Shown piece after piece: positions 23,087 through 36,170 of a DNA stretch of 64,000 nt. Below the pieces are notes generated by a model that was not told where the DNA came from, did not search any database, and saw only the letters and a program-made list of their open reading frames with translations. Where the stretch lies: contig CM075988.1 in NCBI GenBank assembly GCA_038087875.1, positions 13,766,001 to 13,830,000 on the forward strand, given 5' to 3'. Position 1 is the stretch's first letter. The number at the start of each line of letters is the position of its first letter. This stretch comes from Malacoraja senta. Lineage: Eukaryota. A program made the position numbers and the translations under genes.

Positions 23087-24458
23087 CAGGACTAATCTTC
23101 TGGAATTTTTTGAGGATGTGACAAGTAAAATGGATGAAGGGGGGCCAGTGGATGTAGTGTATCTAGACTTTCAGAAAGCCTTTGATAAGGTCCCGCACGG
23201 GAGACTGCTGACTAAAATTAGAACACATGGTAGGGTGTTGACGTGGATAGAAAATGTCCCTGTTAATTTAAACGTGACCTTTCCTACACTCTCTTTCCCG
23301 TTGACTGCACGGATACGCTTCCACGTTGTTGACTCCACCCCCCCCCCCCCCCCCCACTTTTTCGTTTAAAATTGGTTGGAAGACAGGAAGCAAAGAGTAG
23401 GAGTGAACGGGTCCTTTTCAGAATGGCAGGCAGTGGCGAGTGGAGTGCCGCAAGGCTCGGTGTTGGGGCTGCAACTGTTTACCATATATTTATGATTTGA
23501 AAGAGCAAATTAGGAGCAACACTAGCAAGTTTGCGGATGACACAAAGCTGGGCGGCAGTGTGAACTGTGAAGAGGATGTTAGGCGGTTGCAGGGTGACCT
23601 GGGCAGGTTGAGTGAGTGGGCAGATGCATGGCAGATGCAGTATGATATAGATAAATGTGAGGTTATCCACTTTGGCGGCAAAAACAAAGGGGCAGATTAT
23701 TATCTCAATGGGGTTAGGTTAGGTAAGGGGGAGGTACAGCGAGACCTGGGTATCCTTGTACACCAGTCACTGAAAGTTGGCAGGTACAGCAGGCAGTGAA
23801 GAAAGCTAATGGAATGTTGGCCTTCATAACAAGAGGATTTCAGTATAGGAGTAAAGAGGTTCTTCTGCAGTTGTATAGGGCTCTGGTAAGACCACATCTG
23901 GAGTATTGTGTACAGTTTTGGGTCTCCTAATTTGAGGAAGGACATCCTTGTGATTGAGGCAGTGCAGCGTAGGTTCACGAGATTGATCCCTGGGATGGCG
24001 GGACTGTCATATGAAGAAAGGTTGAAAAGACTAGGCTTGTATTCATTGGAGTTTAGAAGGATGAGGGGATATCTTATAGAAACATATAAAATTATAAAAG
24101 GACTGGATAAGCTAGAAGCGGGAAAAATGTTCCCAATGTTGGGCGAGTCCAGAACCAGGGGCCACAGTCTTAGAATAAAGGGGAGGCCATTTAAGACTGA
24201 GGTGAGAAAAAACTTTTTCACCCAGAGAGTTGTGAATTTGTGGAATTCCCTGCCACAGAGGGCAGTGGAGGCCAAATCACTGGCTGGATTTAAGAGAGAG
24301 TTAGATAGAACTCTTGGAGCAAGTGGAATCAAGGGATATGGGGAGAAGGCAGGCACGGCTTATTGATTGGAGACGATCAGCCATGATCACAATGAATGAC
24401 GGTGCTGGCACAAAGGGCCGAATGGCCTCCTCCTGCACCTATTTTCTATGGTTCTATG
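23087..24458 (+). mobile_element. CR1 LINE ORF2 RT and 3' end, 5' truncated
   Basis: VDVVYLDFQKAFDKVPH, SGVPQGSVLG, SKFADDTKLGG, VQRRFTRLIPGM, FFTQRVVNLWNSLP; tail ttctatggttctatg. Confidence 0.92.
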
Positions 24459-25870
24459 TATACATTCCAGGAAATCCTCCTCCTCCTCAGCACTGTTACC
24501 AATTTGGTTGGCCCAATCTATATGTAGATTAAAGTCACCCATGATATTTTTGCCTTTGCTACAAGCTACATGCATCCCTAAGTTCCTGCTTGATGCTATC
24601 CCCAACCCTACTGTGGTTTGGTGGTCTGTATACCACTCCAACAAGCATTTTCTGCCCTTGGCTATTTCGCAGTTCTACCCATACTGATTCTACAGCACCC
24701 AAGCTAATGTCTTTCCTTGCTGTTGCATTAATCTCCTCTTTAACCAGCAATGCCACCCCACCTTCTCTTCCTTTCTGTTTATCCTTCCTGAATATTGAAT
24801 ACCCCTGCATGTTTAGCTCCCAGCCTTGGTCACCCTGGAGCCATGTCTCCATAATTCCAGCTATATCATATCCCTTAAGTACTAACTGCGCATTCAATTC
24901 ATCCATCTTATTTTGAATGCTCCTCACATTAAGACACAAAGCTTTCAGGTTAGTTTTGCTTCTATCTTTTGCTTCTGTCCTTTCATGGCATCCTTGCATT
25001 GTGTCCCACCCCCCTGCCCTGTTAGTTTAAACGCGACCTTTCCTACACTTTCTTTCCCGTTAGTCGGTCTGAGACGTCTTGGACCCTGGCACCAGGGAGG
25101 CAACACTCCATCCTCGAGTCTCACCTGTCACCACAGAATCTCCTGCCCGCACCTCGGACAATGCAGTCACCCACCAAGATGGCTCGACCTGACGTCGGTT
25201 TCGCCAGTCGAGTCTCAGCGCTAGGATTCGAGTCACAGACCTATCCGCTGCTTGGACTGGAAGCATCGTCTGCCCCGACAGCTCCCAAGAGGGTGTACCT
25301 GTTCGCAAAAGGAACTTCCACCGAGGTCTCCTGCACTCGTTTTATCCCCTTTCTTTCTGTCTCTACCTGTCGCACCTCCTGCACTCTTGAAATGACGACC
25401 TGACTGTCGGTCCTGTCCAGGAAGCTTCCGTCATCCTGGATGGACAGCAGGTCATCCAGCTGCTGCTCCAGTTCCCTAACTCTGTCTTGAGGAGCTGCAT
25501 CTGGACACAGTTCCCACAGGTGCAGTGGTCAGTGACACCAGCAGTGCCCCTGACTTCCCACATCCTCCAACAAATGCGATGCAATAACATTCGCCATCAC
25601 AAGTTTAAATATTTAAATTAAATTCACATCCGATTCAAGTGTAGCCTCCTTGCCTCAGCCTCCTCACCGAAGACTCTTGAGTCAAAGACTCGTACGTTAC
25701 CTCACGAAGACACTTGAGCCAAAGACTCGCACTTAACCTCACCAAGGCACTTCCCCTCAACAAGGCCACTCTCTTGGACCTGAACTTAATTTGATCTAAT
25801 CAAGTCAACTATCCACTCAACTAATTAGGATCTCAGCCGATCCACTCACTTGCTGGTCAGGCTGCCGCTC
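24459..25870 (-). mobile_element. CR1 LINE 5' part (5'UTR, ORF1 remnant, APE endonuclease)
   Basis: LKALCLNVRSIQNK, IAGIMETWL, GGVALLVKE, VGVVYRPP, IMGDFNLHIDW; ORF1 zinc-binding N-terminus (C..MWEVR...CGNCVQMQLL). Confidence 0.88.
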
Positions 25871-25999
25871 CTCTGCGACCTTCAAGGTAATTGCCCCGAG
25901 CAGAATCTTGGTGCTCTTATTAAACCTGCCCAACTTTATTCACCTGGGAGAAAGCCTTCCTTCAGCCAATCCACTCACTCACTGGTCTGGCTGCTGTCT

Positions 26000-26310
26000 A
26001 TCTTTGGAGTCAATGGCCGCGGTGATGTGGAGGCATCAGATAATTGGAGAGAATATCGATTTAATGATATGCCACTTCAAGACAGACGCCGGGAAGAGAG
26101 GAGCACAAAATAAACTGGAATACTCAAAATTCACAGAGCATGAACCTCAAGAGGATGATGACATTCTTTACACTATAAAAAACAAGGTTTCAGAACAATG
26201 GCCCATAAATAAATAAAATAGAGAAGATTGCACACAAAACAAATTGAAAACAAAAATGGAATGCAATGCATCTGAACTGGACCCCATTAAGAATGATCTA
26301 GTACTTGTAG
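26000..26310 (+). pseudogene. Possible ancient Gypsy-like pol fragment (RNase H to integrase linker)
   Basis: QEDDDILYTIKNKVSEQWP...SELDPIKNDLVL resembles the Q..D..L..I...GWP motif; weak match. Confidence 0.25.
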
Positions 26311-27103
26311 ATAGACACAACAAGCTGGAGTAACTCAGCAGGTCAGGCAGTATCCCTGGGAAAAAGATTAAGTGACATTTCAAAGCAACAACAACAACAA
26401 ATGATATTTATTATCACATACACCAATTGGTGTAGTGAAATTTGACTTGCCATTTGCAGCACACCAATAAAAATTAGACACAACATTAACGAAATTAACA
26501 ATAAACATAAAAACATCCCCCCACAATGGTTCCCACTGTGAGGAGTCCAGTCCTGTCCAACATTTCGGGTTGGAACACTTTTTTCAGACTCAGTCTTTTT
26601 CTCAGTATTTTCCTCCTATTCTATTTCTCCAGCGATACTGCCTAACCAGCTGAGTTGCTCCAACATTTTATGTCTACTATCTACCTCATTGGTGACCCTC
26701 AGACTCTCTTTGATCAGACTTTACTGGCTTTATCGTGCACTACACATTATTCCCTTAACCTGTACACTATGAATGGCTCAATTGTAATCATGTATTGCCT
26801 TGCCGCTGACTGGTTACCACGCAACAAAGGTTTTTCACTGTACCTTGGTACACGTGACGATAAACTAAACTGAAACTATCTTTGATATATCACCATATGC
26901 ACAAGTACGGTGGGGGTACAGGAACAATGCACCAGCATTGTAGGTGCATAGACACAGGAAACATATCAAACCATATATTATACATACATTATACGTAATT
27001 TACACACATATTCTACACACATATTCTGAAAAGAAATAAGTCAGTGTAAAACACCATTCGAAAAAAAGTCCCCTTTGGCAGTGCAAGCGGTGGTCTCTAG
27101 TGT

Positions 27104-27308
27104 GTAGGAAGGGACTGCAGATGCTGGTTTGCACCGAAGGTAGACAAAATGCTGGAGGAACTCAGCGGGATAGACAGCATCTCTGGATAAAATGAATGGG
27201 TGACTTTTCAGATTGAGCCAGGGTCTCTACCCGAAACGTCACCCATTCCTTCTATCCAGAGATGCTGGCTGTCCCGCTGAGCTCCTCAAGCATTTTGTGT
27301 CTATCTTA
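27104..27308. mobile_element. Penelope-like terminal fragment with inverted arms
   Basis: agacaaaatgctggaggaactcagcggga ... tcccgctgagctcctcaagcattttgtgtct. Confidence 0.7.
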
Positions 27309-28507
27309 GGTAGTCTACAGTGTTCTATTGCTGAGGTAGGATTAGGGTCGCGCAGGTTGGTTTAAGAACCTGATGGTTGTAGGAAAGTGACAGTTCCTGA
27401 ACTTGACAAGGTGGGACTTGAGGCTTCAGTACCTGCTGATCAACAGCAGCAGTGAGAAGAGGGCATGGCATGGATGGTAGGGATCCTTCATCTCGGATGC
27501 CGACTACAATTATGCGACACCTATCAGAACAGCATATGTGAGGCAGCTCATGTAGATGCTTATAATGGTGGAGAAAGTTGTGCCTGAGATAGACTAGGCT
27601 ACATCAACCACTGTCTGCTGCATCTTGTGTTCCTGTGTGTTGGAATTGCCATGATGCCAAGGATATTTTCTACAGTACACCTGTAGAGGTTTGTTGGAGT
27701 ATTTGGTGACATATACTGGTACATCTCTATTCCATTCAGTAATAGATAAGATGGACTGCAGGAAAGAAATGTACTACCTTGCAGATCCAGACTACATTCC
27801 CATAATAGCAAACCAGAAATCAATGATATGATTGCAAAGATAGAAAGAAAAACTGCAATCAGATTAATGTGATCAAGGTTAGTTATCAATTTTAATTTAT
27901 TTAGCAATAAAAAGTGACAGTTAAAATTAAACACTTTCTTTCCTAAATGTCTGTGCAATTACATTAGATCTATTTTAAACCCCTGATCTTAAATCAGAAA
28001 CTATGACTGAGAACTTGGCTGAGTGATTTGATTGTCAAGTGTTCAATGATACATTGTTCTGGGAATGGTTAACAGTCTTGGAAGGTGACAGCACTGATGA
28101 AGCATTTGGAACTGAAGTTGACTTAACATCCTTGAAGTGAGCAACCCAAATATCTTGAAATAGTGTTGTTGGTTTTTGTAAATGCCACTGATGGCTTCAC
28201 TGTTTTCTGACAAATCTGAATAAATTATATTGTCTATAGGCTTTTTTAATTTACTTAAGGCGTGCGTACGTTTTCAAATGAATACAATTTTGCTTAGTTT
28301 AGGAAGTATGGCATGGATTTGCTGTTGCATGGGTTGTTAGTATGAGTTCATAGAAGGCCATTATTTTGGCCATTGGGTCTTACCTTTGCTCAGTTCATTG
28401 TTCAGCATTTACTTGAACTGATAATAAATAACTCCTTGAATGTTTCAAAATTGTAACTATAAACATGGATCTAAATATGTGATGTCAGGATCTTGTTCCA
28501 TTATTTG

Positions 28508-28725
28508 AGGCAGCGCAGTGGAATAGTGGTAGAGCACCTGACTCTGGGTGATGTTTATGCCAAGTTTGTACATTCTCCTTGTGACCGCATGGGTTTTCTC
28601 CAAGTGCTCCCCTACAATCCAAAGACTTACTGATTTGTAGGTTAATTAGCTTATGTAAATTGCCCATAATGTGTAGGATGCGAAAGTGGGATGTAACATA
28701 CAACTAGTTTACGGCTGATCTATGG
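28508..28725 (+). mobile_element. HE1-like SINE, diverged
   Basis: V-domain and gttaattagctt...gtaaattgccc. Confidence 0.65.
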
Positions 28726-29725
28726 TAATTTTTGTGTCACATATGCGTAATCCATTCAAATGCTGCTGATCAATCTTTGTTATGTATCAGTTTAATGGCC
28801 TTGACAGCATATTGAGAGCCCTCCCTTAAGACTACCTTTCAGTGCCACACATTTACAGAACCTGAAAGAAGTTATATCTATAATCCTTATCAGTCTACAC
28901 ATACAGGTACCTCTCTGGACCAGCAGCTAAAATGTCATGAAATTACTGTAAAATAATCACGTCAAAGAGACCTAGTTTAGTTCAATTCCTCTTAATAAAC
29001 AGTATGACATTCTGCTATTCATCAGACAAAACACTGAATACATTTTAAATCATTGTCATAACTAGGCCCAGACATGCCATCACCTTGAAACGACAGATGA
29101 TTCTGGCATGCTGTTGAAAGCAAATGCTGTTAACCAAGTTCAAATAACCCACTGATCAAAAGATTTATCATACAGATCCACATTCAACAGTTCACTCTGG
29201 GAAGACATGAATTTACTTGAGCATGTGTATATGTCTCTTTCTCCGCTCTCCTATTATTTTTTCCAATCAAGCAGTAGAATATGTAGAGGCTTGAGAATTG
29301 GAGAAGGCTGATTGAAATCAAATAAGAAGTCTCTTTGAGTAATCCCACATTACCTTTCATTTAACAGCAGCACATTGGGACAAGTTCTGAAGGACTATTC
29401 CCTTCATTTTTCATTAGAATATCTTGGATTGGATCATGCACAACTGATCCACCTTATAAAAATGAGATTTCTGTCGATTGTAAAGAATGCTTAGCTATCT
29501 ATTTCGTAACCTCTAACAATGTCTCTGGCAGAATACACATAAAGATGCACATGAGGCATGAAGAACTTAAAATGAGCATGTCTGCTTTATTGAAATGTGC
29601 TACACAGACTTCCTTTTGAACTTTCTACACTCATTGTTTCAGTCAAGCCACGTGGTACGATCTTTAAAGGAATGCCAACAACAATTGTCAATGTCGACCA
29701 ATATTCCATGCACCAAATAGTACAT

Positions 29726-29995
29726 GGGCGGCATGGTATGCTGCCTTACAGCACCAGAGACCCGGGTTCGATCCTGACTACGGGTGCAGTCTATATGGAG
29801 TTTGTACATTCTCCCCGTGACCACGTGGGTTTCCTCCCACACTCCAAAGGTGTACAGGTTTATAGGTTAATTGGTTTTGGTAAAATTGTACATCTTTTCT
29901 GGTGTACAGGACAGTGCTAATGTACAGGAATAGCAGGTTGGTGCGGACTTGGTGGGCTGAAGAGCTTGTTTCCATACTGTACCTCTCAACTAAAA
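29726..29995 (+). mobile_element. HE1-like SINE
   Basis: B box GGGTTCGATCC, V-domain and CR1-like tail. Confidence 0.8.
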
Positions 29996-32900
29996 ATCTA
30001 AACAGTAGTTCTCACCTGAGAATATACATGGGCAGCCTCTCACGCTGTCTTATCTAAACCTGCCTTATTTGTGACTATTAGAACATGGAGTTGTTGTATT
30101 GATGACAAGAAATAACTTTAGATTGGGGTGTCGGAGATTCCAATGGCTTCAGTCCATTGTATCAATGGGTTGCTCTAAGATGGTAAGAGATCAGTAGATA
30201 CCAACTGGATGGGAGAGATTTAATGTCTCTGCTGCTTAGAGAAGGTGGACATCGAGCAAGTCCCCATCACAAGATGGGAGGAGGAAATATTGAGAGATGG
30301 AATACAAAGGCTTGGGTAGCCTGGGACATTATTATTCAGCTTCTCAAGATCAGATACAAAATGTCACAGTGTGGAACTTCAGTGATAGAAATCCCCAGCT
30401 AGAATTCCACCTTATGTTTTTGCAACAGGAGATTTATTTTCATCAAATTACTTTGTGCCTGTTTGGACCGGGGTTCAGTAATTATGGAAAATCTTCAAGT
30501 TATTGCTTTTTCTTTTTAGCAGCTTGTGGTGTCGACAAAACATAAAGGTCAATGCCATTTGGAGCTATTTTTATAAAATCAATGTAGGCAGTAATTTCGG
30601 GGCGAAACCAATCTTTGTGTAAAATGACTTATGCCCGACCATTGGACCAGAAAGGTCTAATGGAAATAAGTCCTTTAAAATGTTACTTCTCCTTACTGAG
30701 ATATGTTTAGAATTTCAAAGCACATTAGAGTTAAAAAACAGATTGGGACACTAATCCCTTTAATCCATTATTATAGAGCCAACTGGGATCAAATTATTAA
30801 GACACCATTGAGATCATATTAATTTGGTCCATTACATAAGCCTTTGATCCTCTCGAACATATAATACTACACGCATTGAGACTATGTGTGTTGCTTGTGA
30901 CTCTGCGATTCAGGAACCATGCAAAATAAACCTCATCCCCAGAGTAACGCAGAGAATATATAATGTGTAGGAAGGAACTGCAGATGCTGGCTTAAACCGA
31001 AGATAGACACAAAAAGCTGGAGTAACTCAATGGGCAGGCAGCATCTCTGGAGAGAAGAAATGGCTGATCACTGAATAAACAGAACGTTTTTTAATTTTTA
31101 ATTTTTGGTTTTTAATGGTGATACCTGAACACGAGTTTAAATATTTTTTCCATCAGTATCTCCCTCACCTTCTCCCCTGTGATTCATGTTCCTTTATTGC
31201 CGTTGCTTATGTGGGATACAATGCGATGTACTACGTCCCAAAGAATGACGCATGGTGACGGAAAATATGGGATCTGCCATTCTATTTTCACACAGTCACA
31301 CAGAAGGCCATTCAGCCCACCAAGTCAATGCACATTTCAGTTCAGTTTAGTTTATTGTCACGTGTACCGAGGTACAGTGCAAAGCGTTTGTTGCGTGCTA
31401 ACCAGTCAGTGAAAAGACAATACAATATTACAATCGAGTCATTTACAGTGCATAGATACATGATAAGGGAATAATGTTTAGTAAAGCCAGTAAAGTCTGA
31501 TCAAAGATAGTCTGAGGGTCACCAATGAGGTGACGGATCTGAAAGGAGTTTAAGAAGATCATAGTTAAAGTATGAAATGTTGCTGTGGGAGTAGAGATTT
31601 AATAGTGTGAAGCAATTGTAATATGTGACAGTAGATCTGCTTCTGTGCCTAGCATGCAAATAGTCGCTTGGATTGGGCGCCATCTTGGAAGTAGCTCCAA
31701 CCCAGAGCAATCTCACCAGTCTAAATTCCCTTCATCATGTTTCCCTGTTGCCCTGCAATTAATCCTCTTTAACGTCCACCAGTTTCCCCTTTTTCTTTGA
31801 TTCTTTTGCCATGTACCTATACGAAGCGATAATTTATAGTGGCCAATCAATCTACCACCACAGCAAAAGTGAATCAACCAGACCATAGAAATTCTTCTAT
31901 TACAGTTTTGTTTTTCTTCTAAGTATAAAGGAAATCTTTAAAAAAAATCCGGCTTCCATTATTCAATGAGATTGCCAAAAGTAATACCTAACTCAATATC
32001 TCACAGTGTGAAAATATATATATATGTAGGACTCTCTCCAAATACGTTTGCTCGACCTGTTGCACTCTGACAACAGGTGCCTTATTAGTAACCAGTTAGT
32101 ATTCCTGCTACCATCTGGTCATAATAAACATTTACAAGTTTTTGTATGGATGGAGAAACAGACATATAATTGTTTGTCACGATTAACAATGCTTCAATGG
32201 TTTTCGCTGAGGCAGGGTGAATAGTTCTGGTGCCACCAAAAATGGATCTCCCAAGGCTTGAGTTCATGATGGGGGTGATTGTCTGATGTGAGAAGCCTCA
32301 ATCATAATTTGGGCTGGTTCTGATGATCCATTTGTGGAGCAATTGGTCACATCTACCTCTCCTGTCCTCGAGTGAAGAATGTCTAGTTGGAAGGCACTTG
32401 GCTGCTTGTGCCAGTTCCAAAGTTGTGGTTGGTAATGTTCATGATCGGCCAAGACCTTGAGAAGTGGCGCTGTCCTTAGTTTGAGTAAGAAGGAACTGCA
32501 GATGCTAGTTCACACCAAAGATAGACACAAAATGCTGGACAAGTCAGACAACATCTCAGGAGAAAAAGAATAATTGATATTTTGGGTCAAGGCCATCCAT
32601 CAGACTACGAATCAGGGAGGGAGAGACTGGAGGTATGGAGAGGTACAGAACAAAGCAGAGCCTGCATCGATGACTTAGAAAAGATGGAGCTCACAATGGT
32701 CTGTACCTTCTGTATGGTATGTTCTGTTCTATTGTCATCTTTCCAAGAGCTGGAGTGATAGACTCGCACAGCACATTAACCATGGGTCGACACTAATCCA
32801 ATTAAACAATACTTGAACATTTTTGTTTAAGAAGGAACTGCAGATGCTGGAAAATCGAAGGTAGACAAAAATGCTGGAGAAACTCACCCGCTGAGTTTAT

Positions 32901-33469
32901 CCAGCATATTTGTCTACCTTGAATATTTTTCATGCTTTTGTGGATAATGTCTCGAGCTCTTACATTTTTGGAAAAGCAAATTTAATATTTTTTCACCTAA
33001 GTAATCTTAATAACTGACATAATGTTAATAACCGGTGTAAGAACTGGAATTGAATCACTATTCAAGGAAAAACTTTAATTCAGTTGCAATGTGTTTTATT
33101 AACATACGGTGATTGAACATATGTTCCCAGGAAGGAATAGTGGCCTGATTAATTGGGTTTGTTTATATTTAAAATTACAAGATCAAGTAGTGGCTCTATT
33201 AAATAGAACAACTGTTGTTCGTGTGTGATATATTTGTGTGTTTTTCAGGCAACGTACGGTTATTTGAAACTTAAAAGTTTCTCATTTTCATCCATGGCAA
33301 CAGGTCGTTTAGTTGTGTGCTCATTGGTTATGCGTCTTATCCAATTGGTAATTTTCTTGCTGCATTTCATTTTGCAAATATTATTCAGAGTGGTTGAGAG
33401 CAGAAAATTGATCCAAGATTATTCTTTCTAACCTGGCTCACTAAGTTCATGACTTTCGGAGAATTATTG

Positions 33470-34240
33470 TTTGTTCCGTTTATTATCGTCACTGTACCAT
33501 GGTACAGTGACAATAATATTTGTTGGTTCACTGTACCTTGGTACAGTGAAACGCTTTTTGTTGCATGCTATCCAGTCAAATAAAGGACTGTACATGATTA
33601 CAATCCAGCCGTCCACAGTGTACAGATAAAGGATGAAGGGTACATCATTTCGTGGAAGATAAAGTTCGATAAAGTCTAATTAAAGAACTGATTTAAAGTT
33701 CAAAGGTCTCCATGAGGTAGCTGGGAGATCAGGACCGCACTTTAGCAGGTGAGCAGACCATTCAGTTGCCTGATAACGACTGAAAAGAAACTGTCCCTGA
33801 ATCTGGAGGTATGAGTTTTCAAACTTATGTACCTCTTGCCTGATGGGAAAGGGGAGAATAGGGAGTGACTGGGATCAGACCAGTTCTTGATTATGCCGGT
33901 GGCCTTGCCGAGGCAGTGTGAAGTGTAGATGGAGTTAATGGAGGGGAAGTTGGTTTACGTGGTCGTCTCTGCAATTTGTTGTGGCCTTAGATGGAGCTGT
34001 TCACAAACCATGCTGTGATGCATCCAGATAAATTGCTTCCTACAGCAAATCTGTAGAAGTTAATGAGGGTTGTTAGGAACATGCTAAACCTTCTAAACCT
34101 TTTTAGGAAGTGGAGGCATTGTGGTGCTTGCTTGGCCATTGTTTCAATGTGGCTGGCCCAGGACAAATAGCTCGTGATATTTATTCCCAAGAATTTGAAG
34201 CTTTCAACCATCTCTACTTCGGTGCCATCAATGTAGGTGA
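33470..34240 (-). mobile_element. Rex1-type LINE 3' fragment
   Basis: MVESFKFLGINITSYLSW...FYRFAVGSNLSGCITAWF plus the shared tail. Confidence 0.8.
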
Positions 34241-34580
34241 GCTGCTTCCTTCCTGAAGATAATCACAATCTCATAATACGTATGGTAATATTGTGAACAT
34301 TTTCAGTCAGAAGCCAAAACGTAATGCATGTTCAATAGTAATCACACATCGATTATCATTGACCGCTGCAATAGCCTGTCTAATTTTGTGGGTTGAGACC
34401 ACAGTCACTATAGCTAAGAAGCATTCAGACAGACGTTTAAATGGACAAGGCTTAGGCAGACAGCCTTTAGGGTGAGGACGTAGGTTTCAGGTGAGTGGGG
34501 CAAAGTTTAAAGACGATGTGCAGAGAAGGCTTTGCCGCTGCCGGGCTGATGGTGAAGGCAGGTAAAACAGCGGCATTTTA

Positions 34581-34894
34581 GAGCGGCAGGGTGGCGTAGC
34601 GGTAGAGCTACTGTCTTACAGCGCCAGAGTCCCGGGTTCAATCCTGACTATGGGTGCTTGTCTGTACGGAGTTTGTATGTTCACCCCATGACCCGCATGC
34701 GTTTTCTCTGAGATCTTTGGTTTCCTTCCACACTCTAAACCATAGGTGTGTAGGTTAATTGGATTGGGATAAATGTAAAAAAGTATCCCTAGCGTGTGTG
34801 GGGTAGTGTTATTGTGTGGGGATCGCTGGTCGGTGTGGACCCGATGGGCCAAAGTGTCTGTTTCTGCATTGTATCTCGAAACTAAACTAAACTA
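34581..34894 (+). mobile_element. HE1-like SINE, full length, inserted in a CR1 3' fragment
   Basis: A box TGGCGTAGCGG (34592-34602), B box GGGTTCAATCC (34634-34644), (AAACT)n tail. Confidence 0.88.
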
Positions 34895-35371
34895 GAGATT
34901 TTTGGCTGGACACATGGATATATGTGGATGGTTGATAAAGGTTGGTCTTGGCATCATTTTTGGCACAGATATTGTGGGCCAAAGAACCTGTTCCTGTGTT
35001 GTACTGTTCTGTGTTCCATGATAGGGTCTTGCTATACACACAGAATTAGTGGAGATGGGCAAAATGTTTAGCATGGACATGGTGAACCAAATGGCCATTT
35101 ATGAGCTGTACAACTCAATGCCTCTTGGATCCAACATTTAATACCAGGCCCGTACGAAGCTTTTCAAAAAGGGGGGTGGCATGACAGGATTTGCAGAACC
35201 AGGGTTGGTTTACAGGGCAAGGCCAACGAATGCCCTTGCATTAGTAGTAGTGGTAAATGGCAATATACATTCAGGAGCACCTGTTCTGTTGTGCAAGCGT
35301 TGCCACTTTCATTTTACTGCACATCTTGTATGTATATGTGACAAATAGACTTGACTTACCTTGACGACGAC

Positions 35372-35630
35372 TTGACGACAAGTGATTTCCTGTTGTTCAC
35401 AAACAAGGCACAAGGTAGGCAAAAGACGCCATCCACATGATCGCTATATACAAGCCAGGGATATGCTCGAAACCAGTCAGGGTAAAATATTCGCCAGCAT
35501 CCATTCTTATACAAGGCACCATATTTGTATGTTGGACCCAGTTTAAAGTGATTCTGTATGAGGTACAGCTTCTGAGAGGTTAGCAATAGCTTTAGCAGCT
35601 TCTTCATTGGTTGTGGTAGAATTAAGGAGA
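35372..35630 (-). pseudogene. hAT transposase N-terminal TTF-type zinc finger remnant (ZMYM1/THAP12-like)
   Basis: FYPDWFRAYPWLVYSDHVDGVFCLPCALF matches WF..YPWL.YS...DG.FC..C.LF. Confidence 0.8.
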
Positions 35631-35849
35631 ACTAGACCAAGTGCAGACCCGTTGGGTCTGTTCCCCCGTGCGGTTGCGGGGGGGGGGGGGCATGTGGCGT
35701 CACACACATTAGCCACCCCCACACACTAACTACCCCCTGCACACGCGCTAACTACCCCCCTTGTCAATATATTAATATTATTAATTTGCTCCTATTACCC
35801 CATAACCGCCCTATCTACTGATGCATAGCCCCCAACTCGCAGGCGCGTC

Positions 35850-36102
35850 TGGAGAGGGAGGGGGGGGGGTAGAGAGTGAGGGCAAAGAGAGAAGGGGGGA
35901 GAGGGAGGTAGGGAGGGGGTACAGGGAGGGGGAGGAACAGGGAGGGAGGGAACAGGGAGGGGGGAGAGGAGAGAGAGAGAGAAGTGGGAGAGAGAGAGAA
36001 GTGGGGGAGAGAGAGAGGTGGGGGAGAGAGAGGTGGGGAGAGAGAGGTGGGGAGAGAGAGAGAGAGAGGTGGGGGAGAGAGAGAGAGAGGAGGTGGGAGA
36101 GA

Positions 36103-36137
<35 letters not shown>

Positions 36138-36170
36138 GGGGGAGAGAGAGAGGAGAGAGGGGTGGGGGTC
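35850..36170. repeat. Polypurine (GA/GGA) low-complexity tract; G-runs also at 36374-36450
   Basis: Seen directly in the sequence. Confidence 0.9.

Noticed and set aside
23700..24356. 218-aa minus-strand ORF, and similar ORFs at 582-1016, 14404-14934 and 40455-41153
   Set aside because: Antisense or alternative-frame shadows of LINE coding sequence.
23087..25870. Classic twin-priming inversion of a CR1
   Set aside because: The 3' tail is internal at the junction (convergent arrangement), which is the wrong geometry for twin priming.
32040..32470. Two adjacent ~60-aa minus-strand ORFs
   Set aside because: No assignable similarity; possibly an old repeat, but I cannot support it.
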